From Candidatus Poseidoniales archaeon (GTDB lineage: Archaea > Thermoplasmatota > Poseidoniia > MGIII > CG-Epi1), in the NCBI GenBank assembly GCA_045567955.1, contig JBJLBX010000018.1, positions 9,292 through 73,291 on the forward strand: a stretch of DNA of 64,000 nt. The letters are read 5' to 3'. Position numbers and translations under genes: made by a program. Position 1 is the stretch's first letter. Each line of letters begins with the position of its first letter. The notes beneath the pieces were generated by a model. It searched no databases. It had not been told where the DNA came from and saw nothing but the letters and a program-made list of their open reading frames with translations. This document shows positions 47,341-59,775 of the stretch, piece by piece.

Positions 47341-47619
47341 GTGTTTGAAATTATTAAACCATGCCTGAATTGTAAATCTTTCGTTCTTAAGCCTAAAAAA
47401 GAAATTAGACTAAACTTAGAAGAGATTATTGAAATCATTAAAAAAAGGGAATTTGTTGTAAAAGCATACACTGGTTCTTTATTATCTATATTCAAAAAAT
47501 GTAAAATAAATATTTATAGTTCGGGGAAAATTGTTGTGATTACAAAAGATAAGGAGATAATTAACGATATCAAAAAAGAATTAAGTAGTATTTTATATCC
47601 TTACATCCAATCAGATTAA
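47341..47619 (+). CDS. single-repeat TBP-like (TATA-binding-protein fold) small protein, tentative
   Basis: 92 aa; YTGSLLSIFKKCKINIYSSGKIVVITKDKEIINDIKKEL aligns with the TBP repeat core FPGlIYRl.eP+.aaLIFsSGKmVcTGAKs.ed...A.kk. Confidence 0.45.
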   Translation: MFEIIKPCLNCKSFVLKPKKEIRLNLEEIIEIIKKREFVVKAYTGSLLSIFKKCKINIYSSGKIVVITKDKEIINDIKKELSSILYPYIQSD

Positions 47620-47636
47620 ACACTAAGTGGTGAAAA

Positions 47637-48644
47637 TTGAAAACAGAACCGTTTGTATCTATTGTAATCCCAACAACTGGAAAAGTAAAATTTATAAGAG
47701 GATTAGTCGAAAGTGTAATCAAGTTAGACTATCCTAAGAATAGATTTGAACTAATTCTAGTTGGTGATAAAAACACGGATTTAATAGATAAACATTCTAG
47801 AATAGCTATTGATAATGGGATAGATACAACTCTAATTTTTGAACCAGTACCTGCAGGAGAAAAACGGAATATTGGTTCTAAAAAGGCTAAAGGTGATTTG
47901 ATTGCGTTCACTGATGACGACACCATCTTAAGAGAAGATTGGATTAAAAACTCTGTAAAACATTTAGAACAAAATGAAGAGTATGTGGGAGTTGGGGGGC
48001 CTAATTTTACACCTAGACAAGGATTACCCTTTGCTAAAGCCGTTGGAAGAATCTTTGGTTCTAAGTTTTTATTTTCTTTTAGATATACTATAGGTCATGC
48101 TAAACCAAGAGAAATTTCTCACAATCCTACTTGTAATTATATTATCAAAAAAGAGATTGTTAATAAAATAAAATTCCATCCTAATCTGTGGCCTGGTGAA
48201 GATGTAGAATTTGATATTCGTGTTCTAAAAGCAGGACATAAAATTCTTTACTCACCTGATGTTGTTGTATGGCATCATCGTAGATCAAGACCTAGTGCAT
48301 TTCTGAAGCAGATGTTTAATTATGGTAAAACGAGAGCTCAAGTTACAAGAATGCATCCAAATAGTTTTGATATACGGTATTTTGCCTTTGTTTTTGCGTT
48401 TATTTTCTTAATGTCTCTTTATTTTATCTCATACCAAAATATTGAAATATTTGATATGACTTTAGATATTAAGTTGCCATTATTTTTGAATAGTGCATAC
48501 TTTGCCGTATTAGGATTAGCTGGTTTGTTAGTAGGATATCAAACTAAGAATCTTAAACAAATGCTATATGCTCCTTTAGTTTTATTTATTCAACACTTTG
48601 GATTTTCATTAGGGCTGCTATATGGTTTCCTAACTAAACCATAA
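47637..48644 (+). CDS. family-2 glycosyltransferase with C-terminal membrane anchor (Dpm1/AglJ-like)
   Basis: 335 aa; SIVIPTTGKVKF...ELILVGDKN; DxD motif FTDDDTIL; C-terminal TM helices. Confidence 0.8.
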   Translation: MKTEPFVSIVIPTTGKVKFIRGLVESVIKLDYPKNRFELILVGDKNTDLIDKHSRIAIDNGIDTTLIFEPVPAGEKRNIGSKKAKGDLIAFTDDDTILREDWIKNSVKHLEQNEEYVGVGGPNFTPRQGLPFAKAVGRIFGSKFLFSFRYTIGHAKPREISHNPTCNYIIKKEIVNKIKFHPNLWPGEDVEFDIRVLKAGHKILYSPDVVVWHHRRSRPSAFLKQMFNYGKTRAQVTRMHPNSFDIRYFAFVFAFIFLMSLYFISYQNIEIFDMTLDIKLPLFLNSAYFAVLGLAGLLVGYQTKNLKQMLYAPLVLFIQHFGFSLGLLYGFLTKP

Positions 48645-48679
48645 GCTAAAGCCTTTAGAAAGGCACTTTTTAGGAGATT

Positions 48680-49102
48680 GTGGATTTAGACTACGAAAAA
48701 CTACTTGAGAGAGCAAGAGAAGGGTTAGAAGAGGTTATGCAAAATGCAGAAAGATTCAATCCACCTATCCCTGATATTATGCATGAAGGTAGTAAAAAAA
48801 CGATAATACGAAACTTTTCAGAAATTATTGATTCGCTAAGAAGAGATGAAACTCATCTATACAAATTTCTTCTCCAAGAGTTAGGTACTGCGGGTTCTGT
48901 GAATAATAGAAGATTAGTGTTACAAGGTAGAGTTCCTGAAAAGAAAATTAAGGATAGAATAAAATCATATATTGAAACATTTGTGGTATGTCAAGAATGC
49001 AATCGGCCTGATACCTCATTTTTACGTGTTGGACGTACGTTAAATTTACATTGCGAAGCTTGTGGAGCAAAACGGCCTATTAGGACTAATTTAATTACTT
49101 AA
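48680..49102 (+). CDS. translation initiation factor 2 beta subunit (aIF2-beta)
   Basis: 140 aa; C4 zinc ribbon VVCQECNRPDTSFLRVGRTLNLHCEACGA and conserved aIF2-beta core. Confidence 0.9.
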   Translation: MDLDYEKLLERAREGLEEVMQNAERFNPPIPDIMHEGSKKTIIRNFSEIIDSLRRDETHLYKFLLQELGTAGSVNNRRLVLQGRVPEKKIKDRIKSYIETFVVCQECNRPDTSFLRVGRTLNLHCEACGAKRPIRTNLIT

Positions 49103-49147
49103 ATATTCAAACACACATTCTTTATACACGCGCAATCTAGATAAATA

Positions 49148-50701
49148 ATGGAAAAAACACAGAACTGGGCAATCGCACTCCTTTTAGTCTTAATGTGTTT
49201 TAGTGGTTGTCTAGGCGATAGTGACAATGATGTTCCAAATAAAGCACCGGAAGCTCGTATTCTAAAACCGAGTCAAGGTGATAATTTTGAGGTAGGTGAA
49301 TTTTTTACAATAGATGGTTCACTTTCTTCTGATCCTGAAGGTGATGAACTACAATACATGTGGACTTTATCTGGATTAGGTAGTCCTATTGATTTGAGTA
49401 CCAAAATGAGTGATTCTGTTATGGTAGACTCACCTGGTGATGATTTAGTTTTAACATTAATGGTAAAAGATTCGGGAGGATTAACGAGTCAAGATATTGT
49501 TGTAATCAGTATTGAACCTGGAAATAGGCCTCCAGTTGCATCAATAATTACTCCATCTAATGGAGGCTCTTATTCTAAAGGAAATGAAGTCACTTTTAAT
49601 GGAATGTCAAGTAGTGATGCTGACAATGACCCATTGACTTATGTTTGGGAGTTAGGAGAAGCTGGTGAACCAACATATAAAGCATCAACTGAAAGCAAAT
49701 TTTCCTTAGATTTAGGAGAAGGTGATTGGAGTGTAACTCTAACAGTAACGGATCCAGATGGTGAAAGTAATTTTGTCAAACATTCTTTTTCAGTAACTGA
49801 TTTGCCACCTGTAGCAAAAATTAATATAGATAAAACCTCAGCTTTTACAGATGAACTTATTCAATTCTCAGGTGAAGACTCTTACGATCCTGAAGGTGAA
49901 GCTTTAGATTTTCTTTGGGACTTTGGTGATAACAAAACTTCCTCACTGAAATCACCTCAGCACAGCTGGACTGATGCAGGAACTTACCAAGTTACTCTCA
50001 CCGTAATGGCTGAAAATCAAGAAGGAACTGAAACTAAAAATATTGAAATAAAATCGTTAGGTCCAATTGCTGAATTAGAATTCAAAGATGATAGTGGAAG
50101 TACTGTTGAAAAAATTAGAGCAAATACAAATATTACACTAGATGCAAGTGAATCTAGCGGGCCTGATGGCGAAATTAAAGAATACAAATGGGACTTTGGT
50201 GATGGTGTGGATCGGACCACAAATGAATCTACTACTGATTACTCATGGTCAGCTGGTGGATACTACAATGTAACACTAATAATCATTGATGAAAATGATA
50301 AAACTGGGGAAATAACAAAAATATTGCAAGTTGTCCCAGAAGACTATTCTGATGAAGGGCAGGATGGATCTCCAGTAGCTCAAGATGCTGAGTTTGATTA
50401 TAACCTCAATGTAGAAATTTTTGTAACAATAATAGAAATTGAATTTAGTGAAATAAGTTGTATTGGTATTGGTGGCGCTCTTGACTACGCAATTACCGTT
50501 ACTGATCCTAGTGGAAATGAAGTTGGAAGTGGAAATGGAAATATTGCTTGTGGAGAATCTGCTAGTTGGGATTTAAATCTTGATTCACAAACTAATATAA
50601 TCGAATTGGGAGATTACCAAACTACTATAGCATTTACTAATTCAGGAACACCAGTTCAAGTAAGTTGGAACTATAAATTCGTAATAATCTACGAATTCTA
50701 G
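49148..50701 (+). CDS. secreted lipoprotein-like protein with four PKD domains
   Basis: 517 aa; signal/lipobox ALLLVLMCFSGCLGD; four PKD cores (YMWTLSG, YVWELGEAG, FLWDFGDNKTS, YKWDFGDGVDRT). Confidence 0.75.
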   Translation: MEKTQNWAIALLLVLMCFSGCLGDSDNDVPNKAPEARILKPSQGDNFEVGEFFTIDGSLSSDPEGDELQYMWTLSGLGSPIDLSTKMSDSVMVDSPGDDLVLTLMVKDSGGLTSQDIVVISIEPGNRPPVASIITPSNGGSYSKGNEVTFNGMSSSDADNDPLTYVWELGEAGEPTYKASTESKFSLDLGEGDWSVTLTVTDPDGESNFVKHSFSVTDLPPVAKINIDKTSAFTDELIQFSGEDSYDPEGEALDFLWDFGDNKTSSLKSPQHSWTDAGTYQVTLTVMAENQEGTETKNIEIKSLGPIAELEFKDDSGSTVEKIRANTNITLDASESSGPDGEIKEYKWDFGDGVDRTTNESTTDYSWSAGGYYNVTLIIIDENDKTGEITKILQVVPEDYSDEGQDGSPVAQDAEFDYNLNVEIFVTIIEIEFSEISCIGIGGALDYAITVTDPSGNEVGSGNGNIACGESASWDLNLDSQTNIIELGDYQTTIAFTNSGTPVQVSWNYKFVIIYEF

Positions 50702-51384
50702 ATTTCTATAGAAAAGGAAATACTATTACTCTTCTTTTTTAATAAATCACTAAGTTTTACTATTTTAGGATTTAAACTTTCCAATTTTTTAGCCATTCCT
50801 TCAACGTGTCCTTCACCAACTACAGCTACTATTTTGTCTATCTCTTTTTTTTTAAAAAGTTTAACAATATTAGTTGACATGTAAGTATCTCTTCTATCTA
50901 TTAATTGTCTTTTTATAGAAGGATAGCGTGCAGAAAACTCTTCTAATTCATTCGAAAAATCTCCTGTTTGAATACTATTGCTTAAACTGAAATCCCCACC
51001 TCCAACCAGAGAAAGGAGACCATCACCAATTATTTTCCAAAGTTCCTGCCAAGGCATATTCTTCCATGCTCCCTGCAATGTTGGAAGTATAGGTTTATCA
51101 ATCAAAGCTAAATTAGCTCCAATCAAACTAGCTACCTTACCTGCTACTAACATCTCAGCCCCTGGAGAACTACCAAAACTTTCTCCTAAATATTGCTGAA
51201 AACGTGATAAAATTCTAACATAAAAAGGACCTCCCGTTGGTTTGAGATTTGATCTAAGGGCATGCCATCTTTGCCTATCTAACTCAATAGCGACTAAATC
51301 AGGGTTGAATTCTCTTACATACGATTCAATAGGCAATGATAAATCAATTACATGGGCAGTACCAATAATCATAAGCTCAGGCAT
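50698..51384 (-). CDS. TraB/GumN-family protein
   Basis: 228 aa; N-terminal LMIIGTAHV and C-terminal VAVVGEGHVEGM match the TraB family. Confidence 0.7.
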   Translation of the reverse strand: MPELMIIGTAHVIDLSLPIESYVREFNPDLVAIELDRQRWHALRSNLKPTGGPFYVRILSRFQQYLGESFGSSPGAEMLVAGKVASLIGANLALIDKPILPTLQGAWKNMPWQELWKIIGDGLLSLVGGGDFSLSNSIQTGDFSNELEEFSARYPSIKRQLIDRRDTYMSTNIVKLFKKKEIDKIVAVVGEGHVEGMAKKLESLNPKIVKLSDLLKKKSNSISFSIEI

Positions 51385-51450
51385 TAACTAAGGAAATACG
51401 TGTATGTAAAAGGGTTAACTTAATTAAATGACTTTATTATCATCTAAATA

Positions 51451-51657
51451 ATGTTTAGTTCAAAAAATAATGATCCGGATGCGCCTTCAAAATGTCCACA
51501 TTGTACTAAAGAAATTGGTGTTGAAGGAAATACATATCGATTTCAAGTTGTAGATTTTACTGCTGGAGGAGAAGGAAATAATCAGAGAAATGCTGGGAGA
51601 GTTATCGCAGTATCGTGCTCACAATGCAGAATTGTTATGGGCTTTGTTAACCAATAG
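51451..51657 (+). CDS. small zinc-ribbon protein, hypothetical
   Basis: 68 aa; CPHC ... CSQC pair. 3' end overlaps the convergent UbiA gene by 11 nt. Confidence 0.4.
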   Translation: MFSSKNNDPDAPSKCPHCTKEIGVEGNTYRFQVVDFTAGGEGNNQRNAGRVIAVSCSQCRIVMGFVNQ

Positions 51658-52573
51658 AAAATAAATCTAAAAATATAATAAAAAAGAATAATGTAGCAAT
51701 AGCTTCTAAAGTTGCTAAAATTATCGAGCCCTTAGCTACAGTGTGATAGCTCGGTTTTGAATTTATAGGTAAAAAAATATAGTGTACAATTATTTCTAAT
51801 ATTAATAACCATCCAGTCCACACTAAAAGTTTGTAATTCCATGGGAAAATTTCATAAAAACCTGAAAATAAAAGAGAACTAGCGCCAAATATAGTAAAAA
51901 TCCATGAAAGGCGCATCGTATTTACGGCCCCAAATAAGGTCGCAAACGTTTCAATTCCAGATTTTCGATCGAAATTTACATCAACTGCCATAGTTGGACA
52001 ATAGAGAGCTAAGAGATAACAAAATATTGCAAAAAAATAAAGTTTAGGAAACTCAAGAATAGGTTGATTTATTGACCAAGCTGATAATGGAATTAGAAAA
52101 CCTAAACTCAAACCATTGCTAGCTAAATCAAGGCCTGGCTTAGTTTTAAAACGAAAAGGCTCGACGTTATATACAAATGAAATTACCGTAAGGCCTACTA
52201 TACAATACAAAAATTCTATGTTAAATCTAAAAGACATAAGTAAACAAGTAATTTGTAAAAACCAGAAAATATACCAAGCACTTCTAATACTAATTTTTCC
52301 ACGAACTAGTAAACTAAATTCTTTCCTAGGATTTTTTTTATCAAACTCCAGATCACAAATATGATTTAAAATAAAAGTTGATGATGTGAGACATGCAATA
52401 ATTACAAATCCATAGAAAAGATCAAATCCAAAAAGTTCCCGTGCTCCAACAACATAACCTATAAAAAAAGGAGTAAAACCAACCATCCAAAATTCAAAAC
52501 CAATAAATCTTAACCATGTTAATTGAGGAAATAATTTATTTGAAATTAAACGTGAAAAGATTTGATTTGACAT
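51647..52573 (-). CDS. UbiA-superfamily prenyltransferase (second copy in window)
   Basis: 308 aa, ~8 TM; Asp-rich motif NHICDLEFDKKNPRK (NxxxDxxxD). Confidence 0.7.
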   Translation of the reverse strand: MSNQIFSRLISNKLFPQLTWLRFIGFEFWMVGFTPFFIGYVVGARELFGFDLFYGFVIIACLTSSTFILNHICDLEFDKKNPRKEFSLLVRGKISIRSAWYIFWFLQITCLLMSFRFNIEFLYCIVGLTVISFVYNVEPFRFKTKPGLDLASNGLSLGFLIPLSAWSINQPILEFPKLYFFAIFCYLLALYCPTMAVDVNFDRKSGIETFATLFGAVNTMRLSWIFTIFGASSLLFSGFYEIFPWNYKLLVWTGWLLILEIIVHYIFLPINSKPSYHTVAKGSIILATLEAIATLFFFIIFLDLFSIG

Positions 52574-52638
52574 TTTTAAACTAGACTCATCTTTAGGTAT
52601 GAGCCCAAGCTTAATAGCTTTAGCCGGGATGATAAAAC

Positions 52639-55643
<3,005 letters not shown>

Positions 55644-55718
55644 TTAGATACAATTGGAAAGGGGGTTTTAAGTGTGCCCCACATAAGGTTCCTTTATCGT
55701 CTATTAAATTGATTAAAT

Positions 55719-56282
55719 TTACAAAGTTTTTCGCCCAGGTCTCCACCCTGCTGGACACACTTGGCCTGACTGTAAAGCTTGTAATGTTCTAACTACTTCA
55801 TCTATATTTCTACCAATATATGGAGGGTTAATTGATAATGAACGCAAATTACCTTCATCATCTATGATAAATGTACCCCGTAATGCCAACCCTGCTTCAT
55901 TATCAAGAACACCATAAGAACTAGAAATTTTCAAAGAAGGATCTGCTAAAAGTGAATACGATAATTTGTCGATGCCTCCTTTTGTACGAGGTTTTTCCAT
56001 CCATGCCTTATGACTATTTCGAGAATCTGTCGAACAACCAATTAATACTGCATTAGCTTTCTCAAAATCTTTGAAACGACGATTAAAAGAATGTATTTCT
56101 GTAGGGCATAAACTTGAAAAGTCTCGCGGATAAAAGAAAAGAACAGTCCATTGCTTATCTGAAATTATTTTAACAAGTGATATTTTATCATATACTACCT
56201 TTTTCTTACGGGAATCGTATTTCACAATATCTCCCTCAAACAAAGGAGCTGATTTACCTATTCTTAAAATCGTTGCTGACAA
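55719..56282 (-). CDS. peroxiredoxin (AhpC/TSA family)
   Basis: 187 aa; WTVLFFYPRDFSSLCPTE peroxidatic-Cys motif. Confidence 0.85.
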   Translation of the reverse strand: MSATILRIGKSAPLFEGDIVKYDSRKKKVVYDKISLVKIISDKQWTVLFFYPRDFSSLCPTEIHSFNRRFKDFEKANAVLIGCSTDSRNSHKAWMEKPRTKGGIDKLSYSLLADPSLKISSSYGVLDNEAGLALRGTFIIDDEGNLRSLSINPPYIGRNIDEVVRTLQALQSGQVCPAGWRPGRKTL

Positions 56283-56378
56283 AATTAACTACCTCTCTCC
56301 TAATTTAGCCAAAATGTATAAAGTTTTGGTTATTTAATTACATACCCTAGGCTGGAAAATAACAAATTATAAGTAAAA

Positions 56379-57443
56379 TCAATCAAAAAAAGAGATTACG
56401 GCTTCGATTACCGTAAAAACATCTTTATCTGTTAATGCCGGATGTACTGGTAAACTCAATGCTTTCTCAGTAAGTACTTGTGCACGAGGACATTCTGTCG
56501 AATACTGAGACATAGGTTCGTAATTGAATAGTAACGTGGGGTAGTATGTTCCTGAACCAACCCCTTTACCTTGTAAATGTTCTCTTAATTTATCTCTATT
56601 ATTGCTCAATATAGTGTACTGATGGAAGACATGTCCACGTCGGTTTTCAGGAACTTGAACATATTTTGACAAATGTTCATTATAAAGCATAGCAATTTCC
56701 CGACGACGATTAGTGAACTCTGTCAAGCGCTTTAATTGAACTCTACCTATTGCGGCAGAAATGTCAGTCATTCGATAATTGTAACCAAATTCTGTATGCT
56801 GATATTGAGCGCTCATACCATGCGCTCGTAAAATTTTACATCTATCAGCCATGTCTTTGTTATTAGTAGTAATCATACCGCCCTCTGAAGTTGTCATATT
56901 CTTAGTTGGATAAAAACTAAACCAACCAGCATCTCCAAAGCTTCCAGCCTTACCTCCCCAGTTTTCTGCACAATGAGATTGTGCTGAATCTTCTATTAAT
57001 AATAAATTATTATCTTTCGCTATTTTAGAAATTTTAGGAATATTTGCTAATTCTCCATATAAATGAACTGGATGTATTGCCTTAGTTTTATCAGTAATTA
57101 CAGATTCAATTCCATCTGGATTCAAACAAAAACCATTTTTTTCAACGTCAATAAAAATAGGTTTAGCTCCAACCATCATTACGACTGAAGCTGTAGCGAA
57201 AAAAGTGAAAGGCGTCGTAATTACCTCATCACCAGGACCAATGTTATTTGCAATCATAACCAAATGACCTGCTGTAGTTCCATTACTTGTGGCAACTGCA
57301 TATTTCACACCACACATTTCTGCAAATTCAGCTTCAAATTTAGCAACTTCTGGACCTTGCGCAATAATTCCAGATCGAAGAACCTTATCAACTGCAGCTC
57401 TTTCTTCCTCACCTATCAAAGGATTGGCTATTGATATCATCAT
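56379..57443 (-). CDS. DegT/DnrJ/EryC1/StrS-family sugar aminotransferase
   Basis: 354 aa; typical N-terminus (PLIGEEERAAVDKVLRSGIIAQGPEVAKFE) and PLP-Lys region (SFYPTKNMT). Confidence 0.85.
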   Translation of the reverse strand: MMISIANPLIGEEERAAVDKVLRSGIIAQGPEVAKFEAEFAEMCGVKYAVATSNGTTAGHLVMIANNIGPGDEVITTPFTFFATASVVMMVGAKPIFIDVEKNGFCLNPDGIESVITDKTKAIHPVHLYGELANIPKISKIAKDNNLLLIEDSAQSHCAENWGGKAGSFGDAGWFSFYPTKNMTTSEGGMITTNNKDMADRCKILRAHGMSAQYQHTEFGYNYRMTDISAAIGRVQLKRLTEFTNRRREIAMLYNEHLSKYVQVPENRRGHVFHQYTILSNNRDKLREHLQGKGVGSGTYYPTLLFNYEPMSQYSTECPRAQVLTEKALSLPVHPALTDKDVFTVIEAVISFFD

Positions 57444-57488
57444 TTGCTGATTGGAAAGGTATTAAAAACAGTGTCTGAATATTAATTT

Positions 57489-58085
57489 ATGTTCACCGAC
57501 ACAAACTGGAAAGCAGCAGGTGCCGAATTAATGGGTACCTTTTTCTTGGTTTTCTTTGGAGTAACTACATTTATTTCCATGAGTGGAAATGATATGCTAC
57601 TTGAAGGGACTATTACATTGGGTCTCACTTTATTTGTATTAGTTCATATTCTTGGCCCTGTTTCAGGTTGTCATCTGAATCCAGTTATAACTATTCCAAT
57701 ATTCATTTCGGGAAAAATGAAACAAGATGATACTATTGCTTATATTATGGCTCAGATTTTTGGAGCGACGCTCGGTTTTGTATTGTTTAAAGAATTGAGA
57801 CCAGAAACAAATTCTTCAGATATTGACATCCTGATAATTGCATTAGTTGGAACTACTTTCTTTGTTGCTTCACTTCTAACGTCACAAGATCCGGCTTCAA
57901 TAGGTGCAACATTATTTGTTGTTACTATAACTGCTTTCGGAGATGTAAATCCTGGTGTTTCACTTGGAAACATGATTGCATTAGCAATTGATGGAAATGC
58001 AAATTGGGCATTCTATGGAATTATAGGTTCACTAATAGGATGTGGACTGGGGTATTCTGTAAAAGAAAATATTATAGATGATTAA
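57489..58085 (+). CDS. compact MIP-family channel (aquaporin-like) with NPV / NPG in place of the two NPA motifs
   Basis: 198 aa, 6 TM; loop B SGCHLNPVIT (canonical SGxHxNPAVT); loop E GDVNPGVSLG. Confidence 0.7.
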   Translation: MFTDTNWKAAGAELMGTFFLVFFGVTTFISMSGNDMLLEGTITLGLTLFVLVHILGPVSGCHLNPVITIPIFISGKMKQDDTIAYIMAQIFGATLGFVLFKELRPETNSSDIDILIIALVGTTFFVASLLTSQDPASIGATLFVVTITAFGDVNPGVSLGNMIALAIDGNANWAFYGIIGSLIGCGLGYSVKENIIDD

Positions 58086-58089
58086 ATTA

Positions 58090-58500
58090 TCACAATAATT
58101 GAGTTACTTCTTCAACTGAACGAAGTTCTTGGAAATATATTTGTTCTATTGAATCATACATCTCTTCATCATCTTTAATTAAAGCTAATACTACTTCATA
58201 ACCTGCAGCTGCTTTCTTTTCTGTTTTAAGTGATTCGGCCAACATTAACTTGTAATCGGTAGTATGTACTATCTCGGTAGGGTCTCTATCGGTTACGGCC
58301 ACTCCGCCCAGTTTAACGATTGCAGATCTCACTGCATCTGCATGTGTATGAGATTCACTTGCTTCTTCATCAAAAAATGGTTTGAGGTGAAGTCTATTTA
58401 TTCCTCTTATATATGCTGAATAGTGTGAATAAAGTGCTGCAGCTCGCAATTCCCATGCAAGGCCACCGTTAAGTTTCTCAATCAATTCTGAGTTTGACAT
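58090..58500 (-). CDS. ferritin-like superfamily protein
   Basis: 136 aa all-helical; WELRAAALYSHY ... ESHTHADAV suggest a ferritin-like four-helix bundle. Confidence 0.45.
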   Translation of the reverse strand: MSNSELIEKLNGGLAWELRAAALYSHYSAYIRGINRLHLKPFFDEEASESHTHADAVRSAIVKLGGVAVTDRDPTEIVHTTDYKLMLAESLKTEKKAAAGYEVVLALIKDDEEMYDSIEQIYFQELRSVEEVTQLL

Positions 58501-58538
58501 AAATGAGGATAATTAGTCTGGTTAAAAAAACTTAACTT

Positions 58539-59015
58539 TTAACGTGGTTGTACTGATAAAGTAGCTGTTTTAGTCATAACAATTTTTTGCTTATCTTCGA
58601 ATGAAGAATTATTAACAATTGAAGAAGCTAAATTAATATTAGAATAATCAAAAATCTGACCTGAGATAATTGAAGCATCTGCTTCTATCATGTCAAATAA
58701 TTCTAAAGGAGGATCGCCGAATGAAACCCAAGCAATAGACTTTGTATTTTCATGAATACCCCCTATTTCTATTGCCTTGGAAATTTGTCTTTGAAAAGTT
58801 AAATACAGTAAAACTTCGGTAGATCTTTCTTTAGATAAATTATAATTGCCATTATGTGCATTATCTGCAAGAAAAGCTGCTTGTTTAAGGTGGAGTAAAC
58901 CACAAACGCATTGTGGATTAATTATGGCAAAATTTGGACCAATAAGTGACTTGATTTTGCCAATATCTTGTATGCGCAATTTACCGCTACCTACTGCTAT
59001 TTCCACAAGACTCAT
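58539..59015 (-). CDS. cgi121: KEOPS complex subunit Cgi121, tentative
   Basis: 158 aa; LHLKQAAFLADNAHNGNYNLSKERSTEVLLYLTFQRQISKAIEIGGI matches the Cgi121 core pattern (HL..A...A.......A.S...ElLLY.sG.RQI..AI...G). Confidence 0.55.
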   Translation of the reverse strand: MSLVEIAVGSGKLRIQDIGKIKSLIGPNFAIINPQCVCGLLHLKQAAFLADNAHNGNYNLSKERSTEVLLYLTFQRQISKAIEIGGIHENTKSIAWVSFGDPPLELFDMIEADASIISGQIFDYSNINLASSIVNNSSFEDKQKIVMTKTATLSVQPR

Positions 59016-59070
59016 TCGACAGAGCAGATTATATAATAGGTAGCGTGGTCATTATTTAGGAGTAATTGAG

Positions 59071-59775
59071 ATGGATCTTGAAAACGAAGAAAAATTTGCT
59101 CAAATAGAAAGCAGCTTGGGCCTTGAACAACAAAGGTTAGAGAAACTTTGGGATGCGTATGAACAACAAGAAAAAGATTTGAATGCTGCATTGGATCGTA
59201 TTAATTTCTTAGAGGCTGATATAGAAACAAAACAAACTATGATTACTTCTCTGCAAGAATTACTAACAGAAAGAGATACAAAACTCCGTGAAATGGAAAT
59301 TGAAAGACAACGGCAAGGAAAAGTTGAAGCTGAATATGAACCTCGGATTAAAGTAATGGAAGATACTATGAAAGATCAAACTGAAAAATATGATCGACTC
59401 TTATCAATAACACAAGAAATGGAAGATGAATTAGATTTAGCCAGAAAATCATTGCATGCTAGAGATAGTTGGTTTAATCTTAATGTCAGTAGCTTAGAAT
59501 CAATATCAGAAGTTATCAAAGAATGGAGAAGTATTCAAGCTGGAAAATTCCCTGCAGTTGGTAAAGCTAGTGGACCTGGTGGTGGAAAAGCTGAATTCGT
59601 TGAAGCTGTATCAAAAATTAAAGGGCTAGGAACAATAAAAGCTGAGAATCTGTATGATTCTGGTTTCCATACTATTGATAATTTAAAAGCTGCAAGTCTT
59701 GAAGATATTTCAAGTGTTATAGGATTTACAAAACTCAGTGCTAGTAAAGTAGTAACTGGAGCAAAAGATCTTTAG
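59071..59775 (+). CDS. coiled-coil protein with C-terminal tandem helix-hairpin-helix (HhH)2-like domain
   Basis: 234 aa; ~150 aa heptad-rich acidic/basic coiled coil, then IKGLGTIKAENLYDSGFHTIDNLKAASLEDISSVIGFTKLSASKVV (two GhG-type hairpins). Confidence 0.55.
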   Translation: MDLENEEKFAQIESSLGLEQQRLEKLWDAYEQQEKDLNAALDRINFLEADIETKQTMITSLQELLTERDTKLREMEIERQRQGKVEAEYEPRIKVMEDTMKDQTEKYDRLLSITQEMEDELDLARKSLHARDSWFNLNVSSLESISEVIKEWRSIQAGKFPAVGKASGPGGGKAEFVEAVSKIKGLGTIKAENLYDSGFHTIDNLKAASLEDISSVIGFTKLSASKVVTGAKDL

